Source: Candidatus Moraniibacteriota bacterium
GTDB taxonomy: Bacteria; Patescibacteriota; Minisyncoccia; Moranbacterales; UBA1568
NCBI GenBank assembly: GCA_016699875.1
Contig: CP064989.1
Location: forward strand, 186,297 to 250,296
Length of the DNA: 64,000 bases
Direction of reading: 5' to 3'
Each line of letters opens with the position of its first letter. Position 1 is the stretch's first letter. A program made the position numbers and the translations under genes. The notes under the pieces are model-generated. The model was not told the DNA's origin. It ran no database searches and saw only the letters and a list, made by a program, of their open reading frames with translations. This document shows, piece by piece, positions 10,104-19,804 of the stretch.

Positions 10104-11372
10104 CTACCGCTGAACCGTATCCATGGCCCGGCGAAGCATCCCGGCGAGAGATTTCTCTTCATCAGCCAGGTGAAGAGCGAGGTTGGCAAGACCCATCGGG
10201 GTAATATCCTGCGGATTTGAAAGGACACCCGTAGAATCACTCATTCGGACAATATCGTGCGGCTGGAGAAAACTTACTTGCGGAGATTTCGAAAATGGCA
10301 AATTACCGCTCCATTCCTCGGACAAGAGAGCCTCACGGATACCCGGGAGTCCTGATCCGCCACCGCACAAGAAGATCTTCGTTGGCAAGAGGTCCGTATC
10401 CGAGAACTCAGCAAGAGAAAGCTCGATGCCGCCCTGCCAAACACGACAGTCCTCTCGGAAAAAATCATGAAGAGCGTTGGTTGATTCCGTATCGAGCTTG
10501 CCCAATGAATAGTCGATCTTCAGTTTCTCCGCCTCTTCGAAACTCATTCCGGATTCCTGAGCCAGTCGCTTCGTAAACGCGCGTCCGCCAAGCGCAAACA
10601 TTTTTGTTCCCTCCAGTCCGCCATTTCGCACCACGGCGATGTCGGTCGTTCCGCCGCCAATATCGATGAAAATCGCGCTGAAATCGAGCATATCTTCGAC
10701 CTCGACGGAACGGGCAACGGCGTAGGGCTCTGCCGCGATGTTTATCAGATCGAGATGCAACGCAGACGCGATACTCTCGATAGCGCCCAAGTGAATCATC
10801 GGGGCATACGCATTGAAAATGCTCATCGAGACATCACGACCTTGAAAGTTCAATGGGTTTGTCACGCGATATCCATCGATACGGACATCAACCACCGCTG
10901 CATTAATCAACTTGACATCAATCTCAGACTGATTTGTTTCCCAGACAAGCTGCTTATGAATGCGTTCGTACGCCTTCTCTTGAACTTTTTCGACGATCAT
11001 GCGAAGTTCCGAGAGACTTATTTTCACCTCTGGATTCACACGCTCATAATGAACGGTCGTTGTTGTGCCCTTGACGAGTTCCCCGGCAATGCCCACAATG
11101 CTTTTCCGAACATTCTTTGCCTTTGCTTGCTCCTCAGCAAGCAACACTGCTTCGCGACACGAATCAATGACACCGGCGATATCAGAAACAGCGCCACTTT
11201 GCATATTGCCGGATTTCTGTCGCACCCAGCCAACTCCATCAACAATACCCGAACCACCTTCGATGCGAAACACCAAAGCTTTGACAATCTCCGTACCGAT
11301 ATCGAGCGCAAGAAAATGTTCACGAGAATTCTTCCCAAGAACATTTGAAAGAAAGCCCATAACGAAAAACAA
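10104..11372 (-). CDS. ftsA: cell division protein FtsA (actin-like ATPase)
   Basis: LALDIGTEIVKALVF, IGIAGELVKGTTT, FIDIGGGTTDIAVV and LCGGGSGLPGI are characteristic FtsA/actin-fold phosphate and adenosine motifs. Confidence 0.85.
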   Translation of the reverse strand: MFFVMGFLSNVLGKNSREHFLALDIGTEIVKALVFRIEGGSGIVDGVGWVRQKSGNMQSGAVSDIAGVIDSCREAVLLAEEQAKAKNVRKSIVGIAGELVKGTTTTVHYERVNPEVKISLSELRMIVEKVQEKAYERIHKQLVWETNQSEIDVKLINAAVVDVRIDGYRVTNPLNFQGRDVSMSIFNAYAPMIHLGAIESIASALHLDLINIAAEPYAVARSVEVEDMLDFSAIFIDIGGGTTDIAVVRNGGLEGTKMFALGGRAFTKRLAQESGMSFEEAEKLKIDYSLGKLDTESTNALHDFFREDCRVWQGGIELSLAEFSDTDLLPTKIFLCGGGSGLPGIREALLSEEWSGNLPFSKSPQVSFLQPHDIVRMSDSTGVLSNPQDITPMGLANLALHLADEEKSLAGMLRRAMDTVQR

Positions 11373-11440
11373 CGATGAAGATATTTTTTATTTAACACCG
11401 CAACGGAACGCCGCACGAAATCTGCCGATCAATACAATCA

Positions 11441-12472
11441 TTATATCACAAGAGGACGCGGGTTCTCCATGGATGTCACCGTAATATCTGAAAGTTCCGA
11501 CTCAATTGCATCCCGATGACACAGCCCTTCAATGGCGCCATAATGCCGCACCGTATGCGCGCCGTTTATCATACCCCATTGCAATGCCTCCGATAGAGAC
11601 TTGCCGGAAATTTCCGCCGCAAGAAATGCGCTCCCAAAAGCATCACCGGCACCCGTCGTATCAATTCCATGCTCCGGACGTCGCGCTACTGCTCGCAGAA
11701 AATCTTTCCCATCATATCCCCACGCGCCACGCGCCCCATCAGTGAGAGCGATTTTCTTCGCACCGAAGTTGAAGAGCGTCCGAACAAGAAACGCTTCGTC
11801 ATTTATCCGATCAGTACTAACATCTGGCACAATGTGCAGTGCCAACTCAATAGCCTCGTCCTTGTTTAACAGAAGAACATCCGCTACGCGAACCGCATCC
11901 AACACGCGCTCCGGATTATCTTTCATATTCCGCTGCCCGGGATTGACAGCAAGCCTCGCCCCCGCCTCCTTCGCACCCGCTACCGCCTGTCGCATATTTT
12001 CTTCCCAGTTGCCGTTCAAAGCGCTCATCATCACCCAAGAGGCACCCGATAGCTGTGCCGATTTCACAGAAAAACACTCGGCGGAATCACGATTGTAGAA
12101 GATAGTTCGCTCTCCATCCCTCGCAAAAACCAGTATCGCTGAAAGATCACTTTTCACTCCCGTATATTCTTCAAGAAGACCGGCATCGACTCCCTCTCGA
12201 TCAAACTCCCGACGAATCCAGGCCGCCAAATCATCATCGCCTACCGCCCCATAACACGAAACCGAAACGCCAAGACGCGCAAGCCCAACCGACGTATTCG
12301 CCGCAACGCCGCCAAGTGCCTCAAACCGATCCTCGACTTGATACTTTGCTCCAACTTCGAAAGCAACTTTCCGTTGCGATGTCACGTCTTCCGGCGTATC
12401 AAGAAACACTCCATCCGCTGTTGGAAAGAAGACATCCTTCGCTACCGATCCGACACAAACCACATGATCCAT
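11441..12472 (-). CDS. PfkB-family carbohydrate/ribokinase-like kinase (start probably MDHVVCVGSVA)
   Basis: C-terminal DTTGAGDAFGSAFLAA is the PfkB signature. Confidence 0.8.
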   Translation of the reverse strand: MDHVVCVGSVAKDVFFPTADGVFLDTPEDVTSQRKVAFEVGAKYQVEDRFEALGGVAANTSVGLARLGVSVSCYGAVGDDDLAAWIRREFDREGVDAGLLEEYTGVKSDLSAILVFARDGERTIFYNRDSAECFSVKSAQLSGASWVMMSALNGNWEENMRQAVAGAKEAGARLAVNPGQRNMKDNPERVLDAVRVADVLLLNKDEAIELALHIVPDVSTDRINDEAFLVRTLFNFGAKKIALTDGARGAWGYDGKDFLRAVARRPEHGIDTTGAGDAFGSAFLAAEISGKSLSEALQWGMINGAHTVRHYGAIEGLCHRDAIESELSDITVTSMENPRPLVI

Positions 12473-12512
12473 AAAAAGATGCGCAACAAAGAAAAACAAG
12501 CTATCAAGGGAC

Positions 12513-13796
12513 TTACCCTTTCATCTCTTCAGCAATTGCCAACAACCGATTGTACTTCACGAGGCGTTCGCCGCGAGAGAGCGATCCAGTCTTAATGCAA
12601 TCGGCACCGGCGCCCACTGCGAGATCAGCGATAAAATCGTCTGTGGTCTCGCCCGACCGGTGCGACACTACCGTCTTCAAGCCATGATTTTTCGCCAAAC
12701 GCATTGTCTCAAGCGTTTCAGAGAGTGTCCCGATCTGATTCGGTTTAATAAGAACTGAATTACACGCCTTCTTCTCAATGGACACCTGGACGCGCTTCGG
12801 ATTTGTCACCAGCAAATCATCACCAATCGTCATAATGCCCTTCCCGACCCCAAAGCGCTCCTCCTGCTGAACCCACCCATCCCAATCCTTTTCATGAAGC
12901 GGATCCTCAATCGAGACAAGGAAGTACTTCTCAATCCATTCACCATACACATTGAGCAACTGGTCGCGCGTCAACCGAACGCGCTCCGGTTCAAGCGCAT
13001 AGATATCCTCCGAGGCAATATAGAAAGAATTGGCAGCCGCATCGATTCCGAAAGCAATATCCTTTCCCGGAGCATACCCCGATTTTTCAATCGCCTGAAT
13101 CAACATCTCGAACGCCTGGGCATGACTCTCCAAACGAGGCGCAAACCCACCCTCATCTCCAACGCTTGTCGAATACCCCGCTTTTGCAAGAATACCTTTC
13201 AGCGTATGAAAAACCTCGCTACCGGCCCGCAGTCGCTCAGCATACCCCTCAATACCCCGCGGAAAGAGTTTGAATTCCTGCACCGACAGTCCCGAATCGC
13301 TATGCTCCCCTCCATTCAATACATTGAACATCGGAATAGGAAAGGAATCATAAGATACCATATCTCCCGATTCGCCTTTCGAGAAAAGATTGCGGAGATG
13401 TTGATAGAGTGGAACGCCCTTGCTCATCGATGCCGCGCGAGCCACTGCAAGCGAAATGCCAAGAAGCGCATTCGCTCCGAGTCGCGACTTATTCTCTGCT
13501 CCATCCAGCTCGCGGATCGCCAGATCAAGAGCCTCCTGATCAAGAGCATCCATACCAATCACTTTCTCACGAAGTTCGCCATTCACATTTTCGACTGCCC
13601 GTAATACACCCTTCCCACCATAGCGATGTGAATCGTTGTCACGAAGTTCGATTGCTTCGAGCGATCCGGTCGATGCACCACTTGGAACGCCCGCAACCGC
13701 CGATACGCCATCCTCCAAAGTCACGCGGACTTCCACTGTCGGATTTCCCCGCGAATCCAATATCTCTCGCCCGTGAACATCAGAAATGTTTGCCAT
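12513..13796 (-). CDS. eno: enolase
   Basis: MANISDVHGREILDSRGNPTVEVRV..., SGETTDDFIADLAVG, KTGSLSRGERLVKYNRLL. The leading 22 ORF codons are not part of the gene. Confidence 0.95.
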   Translation of the reverse strand: MANISDVHGREILDSRGNPTVEVRVTLEDGVSAVAGVPSGASTGSLEAIELRDNDSHRYGGKGVLRAVENVNGELREKVIGMDALDQEALDLAIRELDGAENKSRLGANALLGISLAVARAASMSKGVPLYQHLRNLFSKGESGDMVSYDSFPIPMFNVLNGGEHSDSGLSVQEFKLFPRGIEGYAERLRAGSEVFHTLKGILAKAGYSTSVGDEGGFAPRLESHAQAFEMLIQAIEKSGYAPGKDIAFGIDAAANSFYIASEDIYALEPERVRLTRDQLLNVYGEWIEKYFLVSIEDPLHEKDWDGWVQQEERFGVGKGIMTIGDDLLVTNPKRVQVSIEKKACNSVLIKPNQIGTLSETLETMRLAKNHGLKTVVSHRSGETTDDFIADLAVGAGADCIKTGSLSRGERLVKYNRLLAIAEEMKG

Positions 13797-13907
13797 ACGG
13801 AATACTGTTAGTAAATAGTAGGAAACCGGAATCAGATCTATCTCTCCCAACTCGAAGCACATCTCTCGCTCGCATTATTTTAAAGTATACAGCATTTCTC
13901 CATCATG

Positions 13908-13939
13908 CCCAAAGAAAAAGCCGCCATATTCGGCGGCTT
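13908..13939 (-). terminator. rho-independent terminator (minus strand) downstream of the KH-domain gene: stem aagccgcc/ggcggctt, loop atattc, U-run
   Basis: Hairpin 13918-13939 followed on the minus strand by tttttcttt. Confidence 0.5.
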
Positions 13940-13960
13940 CAACTCAAAACCTCAAGGAGA

Positions 13961-14332
13961 TTATATTCGAATATCATCCATAACATCATCAAGACTGCGT
14001 TTTTCAGGCTGCACAATCGGCTCGTCGCGATGCTCTTCGCGAGAAGAGATCATACTTTCGCGATTGCTTCGCATTGAGCCGGCCGGTTCATTTATCTTCA
14101 AATTCACACGAGCATTGTTTCGCGCGCCAATCACACGCAGGAGCGTCCGAAGCGCCTTCGCTGTCACACCTTCACGGCCGATCACCATACCCATATCCTC
14201 CGAATTCACATCGAGCGTAATAAGCACGCCCATTTCATCTATTTTTCGCTCCACTCGAACATCTTCCGGATGATCCACCAACATCTTCACCACATACTCA
14301 ACAAACTCCCGATCTTTTGCATTCTCAGTCAT
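13961..14332 (-). CDS. KH-domain RNA-binding protein (YlqC/UPF0109-like)
   Basis: MGMVIGREGVTAKALRTLLRVIG contains the GXXG loop of type II KH domains. Confidence 0.7.
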   Translation of the reverse strand: MTENAKDREFVEYVVKMLVDHPEDVRVERKIDEMGVLITLDVNSEDMGMVIGREGVTAKALRTLLRVIGARNNARVNLKINEPAGSMRSNRESMISSREEHRDEPIVQPEKRSLDDVMDDIRI

Positions 14333-14432
14333 ACACATTCATAAAGAATTACCGTTTATTTGCAGGCTTTTACCGCCACACCCGCTTTCGCATAAATTAT
14401 ACCGCACCAGACCATGGCAAGCAAGGATCATT

Positions 14433-15755
14433 TTAAACATCGGGAGCGGATATGTCGGCAAGAAACGGCGTATTTTTCCATTCATCCGACTGCCGGCACA
14501 GAAGCATTCGCGCAGAAGAAGGTTCCAACAAAACCATCTCAACTGCTTTTTCGAGACGCATGCCCTGCGAACCCTTGAGAAGAATCACATCGCCCTCGCG
14601 CAGAGAAGCAGCCAGTTGATCGCCGAGTGACTTGGGATCCGAAAACCAATGTACGTGATCCGAAGGATATCGCATTCGGTCAAGCTCTTCTTTGGCAAAC
14701 AACATCTGCTTACCAATGAGAAACACTTCTCGAATATCGTGGTCGAAAATCCACCTGGCCACATCTCGATGCGCCCGCTCGGAGTCATCGCCAAGCTCAA
14801 GCATATCACCCAATGCCACTACCCGACGGACACTTTCGAGACTGCCCAAAGTTCCCATCGCCGCGGCAAGTGATTTCGGAGATGCATTGTACGTATCATC
14901 CACAATCAGCGAATGATGAACACCCTGAAATAGACGCATCCTCCCCGGAAGCGATTGGAAATTCCGAAGCGCTTCAGCCACTTCGAGCGGATTCATCTTG
15001 AAAAAAATACCAACCGCCGCCGCCGCAAGCGCTGCCGAAATATGGTGCTCCGCAATAATATTCGGAAGGCGAACCGGGATACTCTTTCCGGCATATTCCA
15101 ATTTGAAACTCGAACCGATTGGCAGAGCTGCTGCATCGCGAAAAAATACAACGTGAGTTCCGCGAACATCCGCCGACTCATCGAAACCGTACGAAAGTAC
15201 GGTTGCCTTGGTCTTCTCGCGAAACTTCATCACGCGCGGCTCATCGGCATTGAGTACGGCGAGTCCGGTTTTCGGAAGAGAAAGAATAAGTTTTCCTTTT
15301 TCTCGAGTAACCACTGATATTGATTTGAAGAACTCCAGATGGCTCGTCGAGATTGTTGTAAGAACGCCAACTGTCGGCAACAAAAATTCCAAGAGATAGT
15401 CCATATCTCCAACTCGATCGATGCCGAGCTCGAGAATAAGTATCTCCGGGTATCGGCTCCGAGGAAGGCACATCGTTGCAAGAAATCGAAACGGCGCGAC
15501 CGCAAGACGCCATCGCGACCGTTTCGTATCAAGCGATCCGAGAATGGTGAGCGGAATCCCAATTTCGTTATTGAAATTCCCCGGACTCTGTCGCACGCGG
15601 AAACACGAAGAAAGAACCGTTGTAATCGCCTCTTTGGTCGAGCTCTTTCCAACCGAACCGGTAATGCCAATTACGACCGGGCGATGCCTCTTGAGCACAG
15701 CGATTGCCATCAGACGCAACACGGATTTCAACCAGCGAAGAAGAAATACTTTCAT
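14433..15755 (-). CDS. murF: Mur ligase, UDP-MurNAc-tripeptide--D-Ala-D-Ala ligase (MurF)-like. The P-loop lies only ~30 residues from the N-terminus, so the usual N-terminal domain appears absent.
   Basis: VIGITGSVGKSSTKE P-loop; DDTYNASPKSLAAAM matches the MurF-type DDSYNANP motif. Lies in the dcw cluster next to ftsI. Confidence 0.75.
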   Translation of the reverse strand: MKVFLLRWLKSVLRLMAIAVLKRHRPVVIGITGSVGKSSTKEAITTVLSSCFRVRQSPGNFNNEIGIPLTILGSLDTKRSRWRLAVAPFRFLATMCLPRSRYPEILILELGIDRVGDMDYLLEFLLPTVGVLTTISTSHLEFFKSISVVTREKGKLILSLPKTGLAVLNADEPRVMKFREKTKATVLSYGFDESADVRGTHVVFFRDAAALPIGSSFKLEYAGKSIPVRLPNIIAEHHISAALAAAAVGIFFKMNPLEVAEALRNFQSLPGRMRLFQGVHHSLIVDDTYNASPKSLAAAMGTLGSLESVRRVVALGDMLELGDDSERAHRDVARWIFDHDIREVFLIGKQMLFAKEELDRMRYPSDHVHWFSDPKSLGDQLAASLREGDVILLKGSQGMRLEKAVEMVLLEPSSARMLLCRQSDEWKNTPFLADISAPDV

Positions 15756-15786
15756 AGTTTCAGAGGCTCAAAAGACAATGACGCTT

Positions 15787-17541
15787 CTATTTTTCAACCG
15801 TTTCAGTCGGCTCTATATTAGAAGATTCCAAGAGAAATTTCATAACTTTTTGAAAGGTCGGCGCCGCACTCGATTCCGCCCATTCAACATTTTTCGGATT
15901 ATCGATTTTCACCAAAACTGTAAATCTCGGATCATTAAGTGGCGCGTACCCGGCGAAAGAACCGATATTCGTTCCTTCTTCATAGCCCTTAGCATCAGAT
16001 TTGGCAACCTGAGCCGTCCCTGTCTTCCCGACCACAAGATACCCGGGAACATCCGCACGCTTTCCATGTCCATTCACCACCACATCGCGAAGCATCATAC
16101 CGATTTCGCGAGCCGTTTCCTTGCTCACAACTGAACGCACTTCCTCCGGAGGAACCTCTTCCACTCGGCCATCGGAGAAAATTTGTCTATCCACAATGCG
16201 CGGCTTCATGAGGATGCCGCCATTGGCAAGTGCAGCATAAGCACTCACCAACTGAATCGGCGTTACGGTCACGCCCTGACCAAATGATGCCGTAAAAAAC
16301 TCCGTCGATCGGTTTGTATTGTCCAAGTTGCGTATATTTCCTGCCGTTTCCGCCGGAAGCGGGATGCCCGTCTTCGCCCCAAAGCCAAAACGAGTGAAGT
16401 ATTCGCGAAATCGCTCATTTCCCACCAACCGCTCTACAAAGATAACGCCCGTATTAATAGACTCATCAAGCACCTGTATCATGGTAGACCGTCCATATAC
16501 CTTTCCTTCCGCATTCTTTATCACAAACCCGCCTTCTTTCACAAATCCCGTATCGACATATTCCGTATGAGCATTCACTTTCCCATCCTCGATACCAATA
16601 GCCATAGTAATCGGCTTCATAACCGATCCCGGTTCGTACGCAAGACTCACCGCCGGATTGAGAAATGTTTCAACATTTTCTGTCTTAGCATACTCATTCG
16701 GATTGAAATCAGGAAACGAGGCAAGTCCCAAGATACTCCCCGTTTTCGGATCCATCACCACAATGGTTCCACCATCTGCCTGGAACGCCTCCATGGACTC
16801 CTTAAGAATCTTTTCGATTTCATACTGGACAACCCGTTCAATAGTCAATACGATATTTGCGCCACTCTCCGGCTCCAAAAATGATTTCTCTCCGATTGAG
16901 ATCCGTCGCCCGCTGGCATCTCGTTTACTTGAGACAAAACCAGCCTCTCCTTTTAACGATTCCTCGAACGATGCCTCGATGCCATACCGTCCTTCATAGT
17001 GATCGTCACGCATTCCGACAAATCCGATCGTTTGAGATGCCAGATCGAAACCCGGATAATACCGGAATATTTCCGGAAGAAGGAAGATACCTTCGATACG
17101 CATCGATCGCACCCGATCCACTTCTTCATCCGAAAGTCGATGCTTCAATACTTCAAAGGGATCGTGAGTTTTCACGAATTTTTCCAGAAGTATCGATTCA
17201 TCGAGGTTCAACTCCACTGAAAGATCATGCGCTGCTTTCATCGGATCACGAACTTCTCCGGGAACCGCATACGCGAGAAAATACTGCCGATTGACCGCAA
17301 CCGGGTAGGGATCGCCCTGGTCGCTCAAGAATATTTCTCCGCGTTCCGGCGGAAGTTCATGCGAGACACTCTGTTGCGCGCTTGCGCGCGAAACATACGA
17401 ATCATGCTGTACTACTTGAAGCATTGCGAGACGGGCTATCAATACTGCGGAAAGCCCGAAAACAAAAAGCACAAGAGCGGAAATCCGCCAGTGCTTTCGA
17501 GAAGAAGTTACCGACACACGTTTTCGAGAAGATTTCGGCAT
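15787..17541 (-). CDS. ftsI: penicillin-binding protein 2 / FtsI-type transpeptidase
   Basis: N-terminal TM anchor, dimerisation domain, and transpeptidase motifs (SVMKPITMAIG = SxxK; SFGQG region; KTGTAQ = KTG). Confidence 0.85.
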   Translation of the reverse strand: MPKSSRKRVSVTSSRKHWRISALVLFVFGLSAVLIARLAMLQVVQHDSYVSRASAQQSVSHELPPERGEIFLSDQGDPYPVAVNRQYFLAYAVPGEVRDPMKAAHDLSVELNLDESILLEKFVKTHDPFEVLKHRLSDEEVDRVRSMRIEGIFLLPEIFRYYPGFDLASQTIGFVGMRDDHYEGRYGIEASFEESLKGEAGFVSSKRDASGRRISIGEKSFLEPESGANIVLTIERVVQYEIEKILKESMEAFQADGGTIVVMDPKTGSILGLASFPDFNPNEYAKTENVETFLNPAVSLAYEPGSVMKPITMAIGIEDGKVNAHTEYVDTGFVKEGGFVIKNAEGKVYGRSTMIQVLDESINTGVIFVERLVGNERFREYFTRFGFGAKTGIPLPAETAGNIRNLDNTNRSTEFFTASFGQGVTVTPIQLVSAYAALANGGILMKPRIVDRQIFSDGRVEEVPPEEVRSVVSKETAREIGMMLRDVVVNGHGKRADVPGYLVVGKTGTAQVAKSDAKGYEEGTNIGSFAGYAPLNDPRFTVLVKIDNPKNVEWAESSAAPTFQKVMKFLLESSNIEPTETVEK

Positions 17542-17639
17542 GGAGACACTGTTTCCAAATTCAGCATTCCGAAGATCGTCTCAAAGATGATGAACTGGTT
17601 ATGATCTCTGAGACGATCTCGAAAAAAGTGTAAGTGTTT

Positions 17640-18020
17640 CTAGCGACCATAGGCAACTGGTCCGGGCACATCAAGCGACACTGCATCTTCAATCGGTCGC
17701 ATATCAAGCTGACTGCTTGCATTCTCAAGTCCATAGAGCGAGCGTAACTCCGCCTCCCGAATACGCAACTTCTGCGCCTCGACAGAAAGTTCCGTCACCT
17801 GTTTCTCTGCTACACGAACGGAGTATCCCGCTACCGCATTTCGGTTCACCATACAGAGATAGCCGACCATAGTCAGAAAAAGACTCGCCAGCGAAAACAC
17901 TCCGAGCGTTCGAAAACGATTCCGAGAGCCTTCCGGCACTAATACAGCGCCGCCGCCACGAGATAAACGAGTATGATGTCGATGAGACATGTTCGTATTT
18001 TGTATTTGTATTTCCTGCAA
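17640..18020 (-). CDS. ftsL: FtsL-like small bitopic cell-division protein (position-based call)
   Basis: One TM helix (LGVFSLASLFLTMVGYLCMV) followed by coiled-coil (VTELSVEAQKLRIREAELRSLYG). Sits between rsmH and ftsI as in canonical dcw clusters. Confidence 0.5.
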   Translation of the reverse strand: MQEIQIQNTNMSHRHHTRLSRGGGAVLVPEGSRNRFRTLGVFSLASLFLTMVGYLCMVNRNAVAGYSVRVAEKQVTELSVEAQKLRIREAELRSLYGLENASSQLDMRPIEDAVSLDVPGPVAYGR

Positions 18021-18078
18021 ACGCGCCCGAAAGACCCCTTGCTATCAAACCCCGCTGAAAAACCGGGAAATCGATTTC

Positions 18079-19035
18079 TCAGAGTTTTTCCGCTAAGCGC
18101 AATTTTGCGCTTCTCGAACGGGGATTCCCGCGACACTCCTCATCGCAAGGAACTATCGCCCGCTTTGTGAGAACACGAAGCCGCGCTTTCTTTCCGCACC
18201 GGCAGACCGGGAATTCCTTCGGACAGACACATCCCCTGGCGTCTTCCGAGAATATCCGCTTCACTGTCCGCTCCTCGCCGGAGTGGAAGGAGAGTACCAC
18301 TATTCTTCCGCCTGGTTTCAAAAGACCTGTCGCATCTCTCAGAAACTTCTCAAGCGATTCCCGTTCATGATTCACTGCCATTCGAAGCGCCTGGAATACT
18401 TTTGTCGCCGGATGAATTGAGGAATGCCGATCTCGGGAAACACGCTTCACAAATTCCGCGAGTTCCGTCGTCGTCCCAAATGACTTCTCTCGACGACGAA
18501 TTACAATCGCTCGTGCCAATTGTTTCGCGTCTCGCACATCTCCAAAATCACGAAACATCCGGGAAAGCTCCGATTCTGTCCAGCCGTTCACGATATCGCC
18601 AGCCGTCTCGCCACTCTCGCGATCAAACCGCATATCAATCGGTCCCTCTCGAAGTAGAGAAAATCCTCTCTCGGCGTCATTCAGCTGATCAGATGACAGT
18701 CCGAGATCGGCAAACACCGCCGACACCTGAGAGACACCCTGTTTTCGGATTGCCTCCCCGATATCCGAAAATCGCGTATGAACAAGCCGGACCGAACCGT
18801 CGCAAACAGCAGTGGAATACCGCGAATCTTGATCCAGTCGATCGCGGAAACGCAATACGGCTTCTCGATCCTGATCACAGGCAAAGAGGATGCCGCCCGG
18901 CAATATTTTCTCAAGAACAAGGAGTGCGTGCCCGCCTCCCCCCAGAGTGGCGTCCACGACTGTGTCTCCCGCTTGAACATTCAGCCCTTCAAGAACCTCG
19001 CGCGACATTACCGGAACATGAACCGTATCAGACAT
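18079..19035 (-). CDS. rsmH: 16S rRNA (cytosine1402-N4)-methyltransferase RsmH/MraW
   Basis: MSDTVHVPVMSREVLEGL..DATLGGGGHA motif. Downstream of mraZ. Confidence 0.9.
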   Translation of the reverse strand: MSDTVHVPVMSREVLEGLNVQAGDTVVDATLGGGGHALLVLEKILPGGILFACDQDREAVLRFRDRLDQDSRYSTAVCDGSVRLVHTRFSDIGEAIRKQGVSQVSAVFADLGLSSDQLNDAERGFSLLREGPIDMRFDRESGETAGDIVNGWTESELSRMFRDFGDVRDAKQLARAIVIRRREKSFGTTTELAEFVKRVSRDRHSSIHPATKVFQALRMAVNHERESLEKFLRDATGLLKPGGRIVVLSFHSGEERTVKRIFSEDARGCVCPKEFPVCRCGKKARLRVLTKRAIVPCDEECRGNPRSRSAKLRLAEKL

Positions 19036-19129
19036 AATGGAAATCGGAAATCTTCAGGAAAATAAGACGTCTCAAACGAAGCAATGACTGTTCTATATGA
19101 TTAATTCGGAAAGTGCCAATGACCTCGCG

Positions 19130-19564
19130 CTAGTACGCGCCGATCTTCCCCAGCTCTTCGGCAATACGTTCAGAATTTCCCTCAGCTTCAGTCTTGTAGT
19201 GCTTCCATTTCGACTCATCCCATACCTCGAGCCGATTCCAAAGTCCGGCGACGATCACATCCTTCGCAAGCCCGGCGTATTCTTTGAGATAGTCCGGTAT
19301 CAGGATACGCCCTTGACTATCCACTTCCGTATCAACCGCTCCGGCAAGCATGAGTCGAACGAAACTCCGCGTTCCCGCCTCCCCAATCGGCATCGAACCC
19401 AACTTCTCCGCAAGCGTCTCCCAAGTCTTCACCGGATAGACAAAGAGGCACTGGTCCAGTCCGCGTGTCACGACCACCCGCCCTCCAAGCTCGTTCCGCA
19501 CCTTTGACGGAAGCGATAGCCGCTTCTTCGCATCAATACTATGGGTATATTCACCAATGAACAT
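19130..19564 (-). CDS. mraZ: transcriptional regulator MraZ
   Basis: MFIGEYTHSIDAKKRLSLPSKVR and second DxxxR repeat (VDSQGRILIP). Confidence 0.9.
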   Translation of the reverse strand: MFIGEYTHSIDAKKRLSLPSKVRNELGGRVVVTRGLDQCLFVYPVKTWETLAEKLGSMPIGEAGTRSFVRLMLAGAVDTEVDSQGRILIPDYLKEYAGLAKDVIVAGLWNRLEVWDESKWKHYKTEAEGNSERIAEELGKIGAY

Positions 19565-19581
19565 GGCATTTTCTCAAATTC

Positions 19582-19612
19582 CCCACTTTTCACCACTTCA
19601 CCACACTTCGCC
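19582..19612 (-). promoter_or_regulatory. three direct GTGG(G) repeats at roughly 8-10 nt spacing (minus strand gtgtGGTGaaGTGGtgaaaaGTGGGG), MraZ-box-like, between the mraZ promoter and start codon
   Basis: Read directly from the sequence. Resembles the E. coli MraZ operator architecture (GTGGG direct repeats with a 10-nt period). Confidence 0.4.
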
Positions 19613-19615
19613 ATC

Positions 19616-19645
19616 ATTCTATTCCACAAAATACCTCCATGTCAA
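19616..19645 (-). promoter_or_regulatory. sigma70-like promoter for the mraZ-rsmH-ftsL-ftsI-murF operon (TTGACA-N18-TAGAAT on minus strand)
   Basis: -35 at 19640-19645 and -10 at 19616-19621, read from sequence. Confidence 0.45.
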
Positions 19646-19804
19646 ATATCCACAGAGTGAATTTGAAAGATGCATGAAAAACAGACTCTGAAACACGCAT
19701 AACATAGACAGAATCAGGACTCTCGTGTATACAAAAGAGACTTCCCCGAAACTCTCGAGGAAGCAACGCAGCACCTGAACAACTTACTTACAGGAAATCT
19801 TTAC

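Noticed and set aside
14339-14542. 67-aa ORF overlapping the 3' end of murF
   Set aside because: Overlaps a confidently called gene in another frame; Cys/Arg-rich junk composition.
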